Source: an uncultured Parcubacteria group bacterium
Lineage (GTDB): Bacteria; Patescibacteriota; Patescibacteriia; UBA9934; CAMTUG01
Direction of reading: 5' to 3'
Length of the DNA stretch: 64,000 nucleotides
Assembly (NCBI GenBank): GCA_947084965.1
Contig: CAMTUG010000001.1
Coordinates: forward strand, 211,914-275,913
Shown: piece by piece, positions 1 to 7,191 of the stretch
Numbering within the stretch: position 1 is the stretch's first letter
Layout: every line of letters begins with the position of its first letter
Translations under genes and position numbers: made by a program
Notes under the pieces: model-generated
Told to the model about the DNA's origin: nothing
The model's database searches: none
The model's input: only the letters and a program-made list of their open reading frames with translations

Positions 1-243
1 GCGGCGGGCGGCGGCCACCTTGCGCTTCTCGGCGGCGTTGGCGCGGCGGGCGGCGTAGCGGGCGGCGCGCTCCTCGCGGGCCTTCTTGTTCGCCGCGGTC
101 TTGGCCTCGCGCTCGGCCTTCGCCGTCGCCTTCGCCTCGGCCCGCATCTGCCGGACCACGGCTTCCTTCTCGGCCTCCGTGGTGTCGGGGTTGAGGTTCT
201 GGATGGCGGCCTTCTCGGCCGAGGTCAGGTTGCGGAAACGCAT
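1..243 (-). CDS. Partial Ala/Arg/Lys-rich helical orphan protein (runs off the window edge)
   Basis: ATG at 243 preceded by AGGAG; reads MRFRNLTSAEKAAIQNLNPDTTEAEKEAVVRQMRAEAKATAK... open to base 1; GC-rich codons; not in the ORF track. Confidence 0.75.
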   Translation of the reverse strand, partial: MRFRNLTSAEKAAIQNLNPDTTEAEKEAVVRQMRAEAKATAKAEREAKTAANKKAREERAARYAARRANAAEKRKVAAARR

Positions 244-331
244 GGCAGACTCCTGTGGTTGGACGTGAATTGGGATTGTGAGACGTTCTCTGGGGAGAGA
301 ATTCGCGGGGGAGACTTTTTAAATCTCATTC

Positions 332-404
332 CCGCAACAGATGCCACGAGTTATCTCGCGATCTCTGTTGCGGAGGGGACAAGCCGTAGTGCCTGTCCCA
401 CTCC
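332..404 (-). repeat. Intergenic two-hairpin unit (ACTACG-loop stem + long CCGCAACAGA hairpin)
   Basis: CCGCAACAGA/TCTGTTGCGG arms at 332-373, repeated at 1480-1522; adjacent stem 372-404 with sense loop ACTACG. Confidence 0.8.
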
Positions 405-409
405 ATCGA

Positions 410-667
410 TCACTCGACACCGCTGTCGGTGTCGGCTGGTTGGCCGGTATCGACCTCGACATCGACCTCGTCGCTGTCGATCGAGAGTTCCTCGACCAGG
501 ACGACGTATCCGGTGTCCTGCTTTCTGCAGCCGACGTCGCTGGTTCTGCTGAGGACCCCGTCGACGACGATCAGGGCGCAGACGATTCCGATGAGGACGA
601 CGACGAGCGCCCCGATCGTGGCGCAGACGTCGTATGCCACTTCCCAGACCATATCGATGATTTTCAT
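410..667 (-). CDS. Small single-TM orphan protein with acidic tail (85 aa)
   Basis: GGAG SD before ATG 667; MKIIDMVWEV... hydrophobic stretch; C-terminal part of the 410..1495 ORF. Confidence 0.7.
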   Translation of the reverse strand: MKIIDMVWEVAYDVCATIGALVVVLIGIVCALIVVDGVLSRTSDVGCRKQDTGYVVLVEELSIDSDEVDVEVDTGQPADTDSGVE

Positions 668-715
668 GGTGTCTCCATGTCGGCGTTGCCGACGCGTGTG
701 AACGGACAGTGTGTG

Positions 716-788
716 TCCGCGAAAGAGGTGGCGAGCGATGCTCGTAAGCTCTTTTGCGGAGAGGATCGACCGTAGTGTCGATCCTCTC
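716..788 (-). repeat. Intergenic two-hairpin unit (ACTACG-loop stem + long CCGCAAAAGAG hairpin)
   Basis: 716-760 nearly identical to 1908-1952; perfect 12-bp stem 759-788 with sense loop ACTACG. Confidence 0.85.
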
Positions 789-828
789 TCACGCTGCAGA
801 CAGTGCCGGGTCTGCGAGCCGGGGCTGG

Positions 829-1401
829 TCAGTCCGCCACGACCTGCCAGGCGTCCCAGTAGGCCACGACCTCGACGGCCCGGGCCCGGATCTCGTCGCC
901 GGTGAGCGCCAGCGCCTCGTTGTTGCCGCCGGCGAGGTTCTTCACGAACCGCTCGTACCCGACCGGCGCCTTCGGACCGGCGAAGGCGAGGACCGCCACA
1001 AGGACGTGGGTGCAGTCCCTCTCCGAGATGTGGTGGAACTTCTCGGGCGTGCGCATCACGTCGGGGTCGGCGAGGTAGGCCTCGCGGGTGTACACGATCG
1101 CGGCGCAGGACTCGGCCGGGGCGGCGCAGGTGCGCTTGAGGAACAGGGAGGCCTGGCCGCGGTGCATCCGCACCACGTAGTCCTCGGGGTTCTTCGTGGT
1201 GCGCCCGACGCCCGCGCTGACCGTCTCGAGCACCTCGCTCGGCAGCATGATGAAGTGCTGGCCGGTCTGGCGGTCGGTCGACGGGTCGTGGGCGGCGACG
1301 GCGGCCTTGAGGACCTCCATGAAACGGGTGGGGTTGGTGACCTTCGTGCCGATCGTCTCGGTGGCGAAGGCGGTGAGGATGGACGAGTGGGCGATACGCA
1401 T
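829..1401 (-). CDS. Hypothetical protein, possibly a distant DUF3228-like protein (190 aa)
   Basis: GGAG SD before MRIAHSS...; globular-looking sequence with VYTREAY and C-terminal YW; family assignment is weak recall. Confidence 0.7.
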   Translation of the reverse strand: MRIAHSSILTAFATETIGTKVTNPTRFMEVLKAAVAAHDPSTDRQTGQHFIMLPSEVLETVSAGVGRTTKNPEDYVVRMHRGQASLFLKRTCAAPAESCAAIVYTREAYLADPDVMRTPEKFHHISERDCTHVLVAVLAFAGPKAPVGYERFVKNLAGGNNEALALTGDEIRARAVEVVAYWDAWQVVAD

Positions 1402-1479
1402 CTGTTGTTCTCCGTTCGTGTTGACTGATGCCGGACCTTTGGCCACCGGCTTCCCCTAGGGAGCGTTGCGGAAGTTTTT

Positions 1480-1546
1480 CCGCAACAGATGCCACGAGCT
1501 TAGCTCATGAATTCTGTTGCGGCGGGGAACGATGTGTTGCTCCCCG
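1480..1546 (-). repeat. Intergenic two-hairpin unit, second CCGCAACAGA copy
   Basis: Arms 1480-1489/1513-1522; adjacent stem 1523-1546 with sense loop AACACATC. Confidence 0.75.
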
Positions 1547-1580
1547 TCCACGTGAGTTCTCCAGGGTGAAGGTGCGTTGC

Positions 1581-1856
1581 TCAGTTGAAGGTGATGGCCA
1601 CCTCCAGCTCGTTCGCCTGCGCCTCGAGGCTGCGGGCGACGGCCTCCGGGCTGAAGGCCTCCGGGTTGGTCGCGAGAAGCTCCGTGAGTTCCTCGATGAA
1701 GATCGCACTCACGCGGTTGAGTGCTTCAGGCCTCTTCCCTCCGAGGAGGAGGATGAACCAGTCCGGGCGCTTGCGCAGCAGCTCGGCCTGCGCGCGCAGG
1801 ACGCCGATCTGCTTCTTCACGAACGCGACTTGCGCGTCCAGTTCTTCTTCCTTCAT
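1581..1856 (-). CDS. Small helical orphan protein (91 aa)
   Basis: AGGAG SD before MKEEELDAQV...; GC-rich codons. Confidence 0.75.
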   Translation of the reverse strand: MKEEELDAQVAFVKKQIGVLRAQAELLRKRPDWFILLLGGKRPEALNRVSAIFIEELTELLATNPEAFSPEAVARSLEAQANELEVAITFN

Positions 1857-1907
1857 GGGGGACTCCTGGTGGTTGTTGGGGGAGAGTTGCGGTTGCCGTG
1901 AAGGGCG

Positions 1908-1972
1908 TCCGCGAAAGAGACAGCGAGCGATGCTCGTAAGCTCTTTTGCGGAGGGAAGTGAGTGCACTTCCC
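1908..1972 (-). repeat. Intergenic two-hairpin unit, second CCGCAAAAGAG copy
   Basis: 1908-1952 matches 716-760; stem 1953-1972 with sense loop CACT. Confidence 0.85.
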
Positions 1973-2036
1973 GCCTAGCGTCGTTAGCGCGAATGAACGA
2001 TTCAGTCCTCCTAGTTGGTTTGTTGTTGGTTGTCAT

Positions 2037-2666
2037 CTAGGCCGCCGCCTGCTTCTTGTTCGCCGCGTAGCACGTCTCGCAGAGGATCCCGCGGGCGGGG
2101 TCGAGCAGCTTGCTCTCCTTGCCCATGACCTTGGCGGTGACGAACCCGCCGCAGGTGGTGCAGGAGTAGTGGGCGTGCTTCTTCCCTTCCAGCTTGCAGT
2201 GGCAGGTCTTGTCCTCCGGCAAGATCACGGCGTTGAAGACGATCTTCGCCGGGGCCGCGGCGAGCTTGTGGGCACGGGCGGCGTCGCGGCGCTTCTTCTC
2301 GTCCCGCACGTAGCGCCACCAGGCGATCTCGTGCTGGTCCTGCACGTGCGGCGGCTCCTCGTCCTCGTCGACCATCTCCTCGTCCTCGTCGGCCTCGCTC
2401 TCGCTGCCGCCGATGAGGTCGACCCAGGACTCGACCCCCGGGCTGCGGTAGACGAGGTCGGCCGGGCCCCAGGCGCTGAAGCCCTCGAGGTCCGAGTCGT
2501 CCAGCCCCTGCTCCTGGGCCAGCGCGAGGATCTCGTCGAGCTGGTCCTGGTTGAAGGTGCGGGACTTGTTCCCGATCTCGTACATGTCGCGCTCGGTGGC
2601 GCGGTCGTTCATCTCGCCGGCGTAGCGGGCGGCGGCGAGGGCGACGACGTTCTGGGGCTTGGTCAT
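2037..2666 (-). CDS. Orphan protein with acidic middle and C-terminal Cys cluster (putative Zn finger)
   Basis: AAGGAG SD; CHC...H.H..CTTC...CETC. Confidence 0.75.
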   Translation of the reverse strand: MTKPQNVVALAAARYAGEMNDRATERDMYEIGNKSRTFNQDQLDEILALAQEQGLDDSDLEGFSAWGPADLVYRSPGVESWVDLIGGSESEADEDEEMVDEDEEPPHVQDQHEIAWWRYVRDEKKRRDAARAHKLAAAPAKIVFNAVILPEDKTCHCKLEGKKHAHYSCTTCGGFVTAKVMGKESKLLDPARGILCETCYAANKKQAAA

Positions 2667-2835
2667 GGGATGCTCCTTCGGCTCAGTACGAGCAGATGGT
2701 TGTCGGTGGTGTCAAAGAGACCGTTTGGTAGTGGTCAGCTATCCGCAGCAGGGGTTGCTTGCCGGAACTCAGGAGCGAATCAAGGATTCGCTTCTAGGTT
2801 CCGGGTAGGGTGCGAGTGCACACCCTCCCGAGAGA

Positions 2836-3057
2836 TCACTTGGCCGCGATCGAGTCGCGGACGTTGGTCATCGGGACGCCGCCGTGGCGCCAGACGATGA
2901 CCTTGGCCGCCAGCTGGGGGTTGCCGCCGTAGCTGACGCGGCTGGTCGTGGCCCAGCTCATGGCGATCATGGCGATGGCGAAGCCGATGGTGATGAGGGT
3001 GGCGATCTGGATGTTGTTGGGGTTCGAGGCGTACTCGATGATCTGGGTGATGTCCAT
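2836..3057 (-). CDS. Small single-TM orphan protein (73 aa)
   Basis: GGAG SD; hydrophobic segment IATLITIGFAIAMIAMSW. Confidence 0.7.
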   Translation of the reverse strand: MDITQIIEYASNPNNIQIATLITIGFAIAMIAMSWATTSRVSYGGNPQLAAKVIVWRHGGVPMTNVRDSIAAK

Positions 3058-3205
3058 GTGGGCTCCGTGGAAGAGGCATGGTCGTGTGACCGCGCCGGGG
3101 TGGGTGTTCTGGGCGGTCGGTGCCCAGACCGGAGAGGAGAAGAGATTCTCCGCTTTGGTCTGGGCCGGGCGCGCGTAGTTCGCACCCGGTCCGGAGAAGT
3201 GCGGC

Positions 3206-3433
3206 CTAGGCGGCCGCGGTGGTGTAGATCTCGATGATGCAGGCGGCGGCGGCCTGCTCGTGGGTGTCGGCGTCGATCTCGCCGATCACATGGCGGAGCT
3301 CGAGCTCCTCGGCCGCCATCCACCCGGAGGTCTCGCCGTCGGTCGCCTCGTCGCAGGCCACGAGGTCGAGGTCGATCGCGGGGGTGGCGTGGCAAGTGCA
3401 CTTGGCGGGGAAACAGGGGATACAGAGATACAT
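3206..3433 (-). CDS. Small Cys-rich acidic orphan protein (75 aa)
   Basis: AAGGAAG upstream; CIPC...CTCH N-terminus; first gene of the array. Confidence 0.6.
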   Translation of the reverse strand: MYLCIPCFPAKCTCHATPAIDLDLVACDEATDGETSGWMAAEELELRHVIGEIDADTHEQAAAACIIEIYTTAAA

Positions 3434-3840
3434 GGGGGCTTCCTTGGGTGAGGGACACTGACTGGCCGTGTGGCCGACGATCTACTGAGCGACGTTTCGC
3501 CCATGAATCTGGAGGGTAGGGACGCAGTGACCTGCCAAAGGCTGGTGTGCGTCATGACCGTCGAGTCCGTAGCAAGTGAGCTTGCGCCCAGTCGCTACGT
3601 TCGCCGGTCGACCGACTCGGTTTCCCGAGGTACGGCTACTCTCTCCTCCAGGTTCATGAACAAAAACCGCTTGTCTGTCTTGATCCTTTGGAGATCAAGT
3701 CAAACAAGCGGTAACGAACCCACCTATTCCTGCGCCCTCGTAAGGCGCCCAAATAGGTAGTTCGCGTTGACTCTCTCCCCAGAGAATATATGAGTTGTGA
3801 ATCCTGGGCGGTGAGCTCGTGACTCATCGTTCCAGGAGAC
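3434..3840 (-). ncRNA. Putative structured leader RNA(s), family unrecognised
   Basis: Multi-stem domain closed by 3502-3515/3645-3658 with GAAA and GCAA tetraloops; terminator-like hairpin 3666-3712 followed by U tract; more hairpins 3714-3838. Confidence 0.6.
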
Positions 3841-3842
3841 TA

Positions 3843-3871
3843 TTTATATCACATTTTGACCCTTCTGTCAA
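3843..3871 (-). promoter_or_regulatory. Sigma70-type promoter driving the leftward array
   Basis: TTGACA-17 nt-TATAAA on the minus strand. Confidence 0.8.
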
Positions 3872-3917
3872 GGGAGTCAGGTGGTATTTGGGCCTAAGTT
3901 AGCCAAAATATTATCGG

Positions 3918-4042
3918 TAAATTCGAAGCACGAAATCCGAAATTCAAAACAAATTCGAATCGGAAAGGAGGAAGTTTTTAAAACTTCACTTTTTCCGAAT
4001 TTCCCGATTGTTTCGTATTTCGATATTCGAATTCCGCATTTC
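3918..4042. repeat. Heptamer-built (CGAAATT-like) inverted repeat; gene-less copy of the element at 6050-6557
   Basis: AAATTCGAAGCACGAAATCCGAAATTC... arm, GTTTTTAAAACT centre, ...GTTTCGTATTTCGATATTCGAATT arm. Confidence 0.8.
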
Positions 4043-4061
4043 ACGTTATAATGTCTCCACT

Positions 4062-4925
4062 ATGGATCAGTTGATCGGACACAGCGTGGCAAAAGAACTC
4101 CTTTTGCGGATGGTCAAAAGCGGTCGTTTGGGATCGGGGCTGATTTTGGTCGGGGCAGAAGGGGTTGGGAAAAGGAAAATGGCTGATTGGTTGGTGGAGG
4201 GTGGTTGGAAAGAGGAAAGAGGTGAGAGCAAAGAAGAGATGCGAGCGGATCTGATGGTTATTGAACGTCAACGTAATGACAAGGGCGATCTCAAAAAGAA
4301 CATCAGCATTGAACAGATCCGAGATCTGATTCAACGCCTTTCCATGAGTTCGTTTTCTGGGGGCGCGAAGATCGGTTTGATTGATGGGGCGGAAACGCTT
4401 TCTCTTGATGCGGCCAATGCGCTCCTCAAAACGCTCGAAGACCCTTCGGGAAAAACACACGTGATATTACTTGCGACTTCGGTTGCAAATCTCCCAGCCA
4501 CGATCCTTTCGCGCTGCCAAGTGATTCATCTCGGTCTCGTGCCGCGATCAGAGATCACCACAGCACTTGTCGACCGCGGCGCACCTCGATCGCTGGCAGA
4601 AGAGATCGCCGGATTCGCCGCCGGTCGTCCCGGCATCGCTCTCACGCTTTTGAAGGATGCCGAAGCGCTGGAGTCCGCGGTCGCGAGCAAAGATCGTCTC
4701 CGCGAACTCCTCGCCGCTTCACTCAGTCGGCGATTCGGGATCATTCAGGAATCGGTCAAAGGTGAAGACAAACGCAAAGAGGAGATTTCGCAGATGCTGA
4801 ACGTCTGGGAAACGACGCTCCACGACCTTGGCGAAATCACTCTGCTCGCTCGATTGACCGAAGCCCGCCGCGCCATCGCCCAAAATGTCAGTCCGCAATT
4901 AGCCCTTGAACACGCGTTTCTTTAA
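4062..4925 (+). CDS. holB: DNA polymerase III subunit delta'
   Basis: GAEGVGKR, ISIEQIRDL, AANALLKTLEDP, TILSRC motifs; lacks the Zn module; TATAAT at 4047. Confidence 0.9.
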   Translation: MDQLIGHSVAKELLLRMVKSGRLGSGLILVGAEGVGKRKMADWLVEGGWKEERGESKEEMRADLMVIERQRNDKGDLKKNISIEQIRDLIQRLSMSSFSGGAKIGLIDGAETLSLDAANALLKTLEDPSGKTHVILLATSVANLPATILSRCQVIHLGLVPRSEITTALVDRGAPRSLAEEIAGFAAGRPGIALTLLKDAEALESAVASKDRLRELLAASLSRRFGIIQESVKGEDKRKEEISQMLNVWETTLHDLGEITLLARLTEARRAIAQNVSPQLALEHAFL

Positions 4926-4982
4926 AACTCCAAATCTCAAATTCCAAGTAACAAATAATTTTCAAAAGATCAATATTCCAAT

Positions 4983-6041
4983 ATGAAAACGCGACTACCA
5001 TTTTTCCTTATCCTTACCGTGTTGCTTACCACTGGCGCGGGGTGTATTTCATTCAAAAGTTCGGAGGTTTCGGGTAACGGCGGTGTGTGGACAACGGCCG
5101 ACGCCGGGGCGACCTGGGTCGCGAGCAGTACCGTTCCGACGCCAGAAGGGACCTCGACGATCAGCGGCGGTAACGTCACTGCGCTCCACTTCGATCCTTC
5201 GGATCCAGATGCTGTTTACCTTGGCACACGCGAGAACGGACTTTTTTATTCCTACGACAACGGTGCAGGTTGGATGCGGGTAAAAGAAGAGGCGTTGCGT
5301 ACAGGGTGGATTCGGGCGGTGGCCGTTGATCCTTCAGACAAGTGTACGGTGTACGTAGCCAAAGGAAATAACGTCATGAAGTCCACGGACTGTGCTCGCA
5401 CCTGGGATCTGGAAACGTTTGTAGAAACGAACGGAAAGATTATTTTGTCCCTCAGTGTGGATTGGTTCAATCCTCAGATCGTCTGGATCGGTACCGAAGC
5501 GGGGGATGTGGTGAAATCCACGGACGGAGGAGCTACCTGGTCGACCCTTGCGCGGGTGAAAGATGAAGTCGTGCACCTGATGGTGAGTAATGCCGATTCG
5601 CGCATCGTGCTTGCCGCGACCGAAGGCAAGGGCCTTTGGCGGACAACGGACGGCGGAGCGACCTGGACGCGCCTGGAAGACGAGTTGAAGAGTTTCCAAG
5701 ACAGCGAAGATGGATACCTTTTGGCACAAGACAAGGCAGGAACGGTGATGTACTTCGCCAACAAGTATGGGTTGTTGAAGTCGGTCGATAGTGGCGCGAC
5801 CTGGGAAGGATTGACGCTCGTGACCAAGCCGCGCAGCGTGCATATTTACTCGTTGGCGGTGAATCCTGATGACGGCAACAATGTTTTTTACGGAACAGCG
5901 ACGACGTTCTACGCCTCGACCGACGGCGGCGCGAGTTGGTCCACCCGCGAATTGCCTTCGACCCGCTATGCAACGGCACTTGCGGTTGACCCGAATGCCG
6001 TTGGTACGGTGTTCCTGGGGTCCTCGACGATTGAGGAATAA
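4983..6041 (+). CDS. BNR/Asp-box (Ycf48-like) beta-propeller putative lipoprotein
   Basis: Signal peptide ending GAGC; repeated S/TxDGGATW boxes. Confidence 0.85.
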   Translation: MKTRLPFFLILTVLLTTGAGCISFKSSEVSGNGGVWTTADAGATWVASSTVPTPEGTSTISGGNVTALHFDPSDPDAVYLGTRENGLFYSYDNGAGWMRVKEEALRTGWIRAVAVDPSDKCTVYVAKGNNVMKSTDCARTWDLETFVETNGKIILSLSVDWFNPQIVWIGTEAGDVVKSTDGGATWSTLARVKDEVVHLMVSNADSRIVLAATEGKGLWRTTDGGATWTRLEDELKSFQDSEDGYLLAQDKAGTVMYFANKYGLLKSVDSGATWEGLTLVTKPRSVHIYSLAVNPDDGNNVFYGTATTFYASTDGGASWSTRELPSTRYATALAVDPNAVGTVFLGSSTIEE

Positions 6042-6049
6042 CTGAGATT

Positions 6050-6143
6050 AAATTCGAAATACGAAAAACGAAATTCGAAACAATCGGAAATCGAAAAGGG
6101 AAAGGTTTAAAACTGTCTATTCGAATTTCGTATTTCGAATTTT
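6050..6143. repeat. Heptamer-repeat arms upstream of the four-helix-bundle gene
   Basis: AAATTCGAAATACGAAAAACGAAATTCGAAAC... followed by TATTCGAATTTCGTATTTCGAATTT. Confidence 0.85.
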
Positions 6144-6150
6144 TTAAGAT

Positions 6151-6507
6151 ATGCCTCAGTATGATCTTGAGGGGCGGACCCTACAGTTTGCGATGGATGT
6201 CCGTAAGTTTGTGAAGTGTCTTCATCGATCTGTGGCAAATACAGAGGATACCAAACAGGTTATCAGATCATCTGGATCGATCGGAGCAAATTATATCGAA
6301 GCCAATGAATCTCTTGGAAAGAAAGATTTTTCCATGAGGATTCGGATCTCAAGGAAGGAATCGAAGGAGACGAGATTTTGGTTATTCCTGATTGACACAG
6401 GCGACAACCAGGAGCTGGAAGTCGAGCGCCATCGGCTCATTAAGGAATCGACAGAGCTTATGTTGATTTTCGGTTCAATTCTTCAGAAGAGTTTGCGCAT
6501 TTCCTGA
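6151..6507 (+). CDS. Four helix bundle protein (23S rRNA IVP / Avd-like family)
   Basis: DLEGRT..FA, Q..RSSGSIGANYIEA, KKDF..RI.ISRKE..ET.FWL signature. Confidence 0.9.
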   Translation: MPQYDLEGRTLQFAMDVRKFVKCLHRSVANTEDTKQVIRSSGSIGANYIEANESLGKKDFSMRIRISRKESKETRFWLFLIDTGDNQELEVERHRLIKESTELMLIFGSILQKSLRIS

Positions 6508-6557
6508 TTTTTCTATTCGAATTTGTTTCGTATTTCGATTTTCGTATTTCGGATTTC
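6508..6557. repeat. Heptamer-repeat arm downstream of the four-helix-bundle gene
   Basis: Reverse complement aligns with 6050-6097. Confidence 0.85.
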
Positions 6558-6600
6558 ATGAATTGCCAAAACCGATCAATTCAGCTAAGCTTCAGAAACT

Positions 6601-7158
6601 ATGGCATCAACATTTATTGCGAAACATAAACCGGATTTTGACAAAGTCATCGATCATTTGCAGGCCGAACTCAATGCGATTCGTACCGGACGCGCCAATT
6701 CGGCGATCTTGGATTCCGTTCAGGTGGAAGCCTACGGATCGATGATGGAATTAAAAGGGGTGGCGTCGATCAGTGTGCCGGACGCCAAGACGATCACCAT
6801 TGAGCCGTGGGACAAATCCGTTCTGCACGCGATTGAAACCGCCATTCAAAAGTCCGACATCGGGATCAATCCGGTCAACGATGGCAAACTGATCCGGTTG
6901 ACGATGCCGCAAATGACCGAGGAATCGCGTTTGCGTTTGGTGAAGGTGGTGAAAGAAAAGATCGAAGAAGGTCGCGTGGCCATGCGCCAAGTGCGCGAAA
7001 AGGTACGCGACGAAGTGATCGCCAAAGAAAAGGCGAAAGAGATCCCTGAAGATGAGCGCTTTAAGGTCCTCGAGGAATTGGACAAGTACGTCAAAGAATT
7101 GGGGGGCGAGATCGACGCGATCGGAGAGAAGAAGGAGGAAGAAATCATGACGGTGTAG
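6601..7158 (+). CDS. frr: Ribosome recycling factor
   Basis: IRTGRA, YG...L..VASI, NPVNDGKLIRL, KEEEIM. Confidence 0.97.
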   Translation: MASTFIAKHKPDFDKVIDHLQAELNAIRTGRANSAILDSVQVEAYGSMMELKGVASISVPDAKTITIEPWDKSVLHAIETAIQKSDIGINPVNDGKLIRLTMPQMTEESRLRLVKVVKEKIEEGRVAMRQVREKVRDEVIAKEKAKEIPEDERFKVLEELDKYVKELGGEIDAIGEKKEEEIMTV

Positions 7159-7191
7159 GACGAAAGAGGTTAGAGGTTAGAAGAAAAAAGA

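Noticed and set aside
410-1495. 361-aa ORF and other long overlapping ORFs in GC-rich regions (e.g. 1962..2900, 11420..12388, 46978..49092, 50005..51090)
   Set aside because: Shadow frames caused by stop-codon scarcity; better SD-led genes occupy other frames.
332-1952. Repeats as a CRISPR array
   Set aside because: Copies alternate between two types and are separated by whole genes, not 30-40 nt spacers; no cas genes are present.
332-3164. Intergenic hairpins as canonical integron attC sites
   Set aside because: Some have AAC...GTT arms, but they are only 42-45 nt, do not fit RYYYAAC/GTTRRRY, two types lack the triplets, and no integrase is in the window.
3470-3760. ORFs in the leader region (3470..3760 +, 3286..3555 -)
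   Set aside because: No SD or codon bias; the region is better explained as structured RNA.
6151-6507. Diversity-generating retroelement, or an rRNA intervening sequence
   Set aside because: No reverse transcriptase, no TR/VR pair and no rRNA gene flank this gene in the window.
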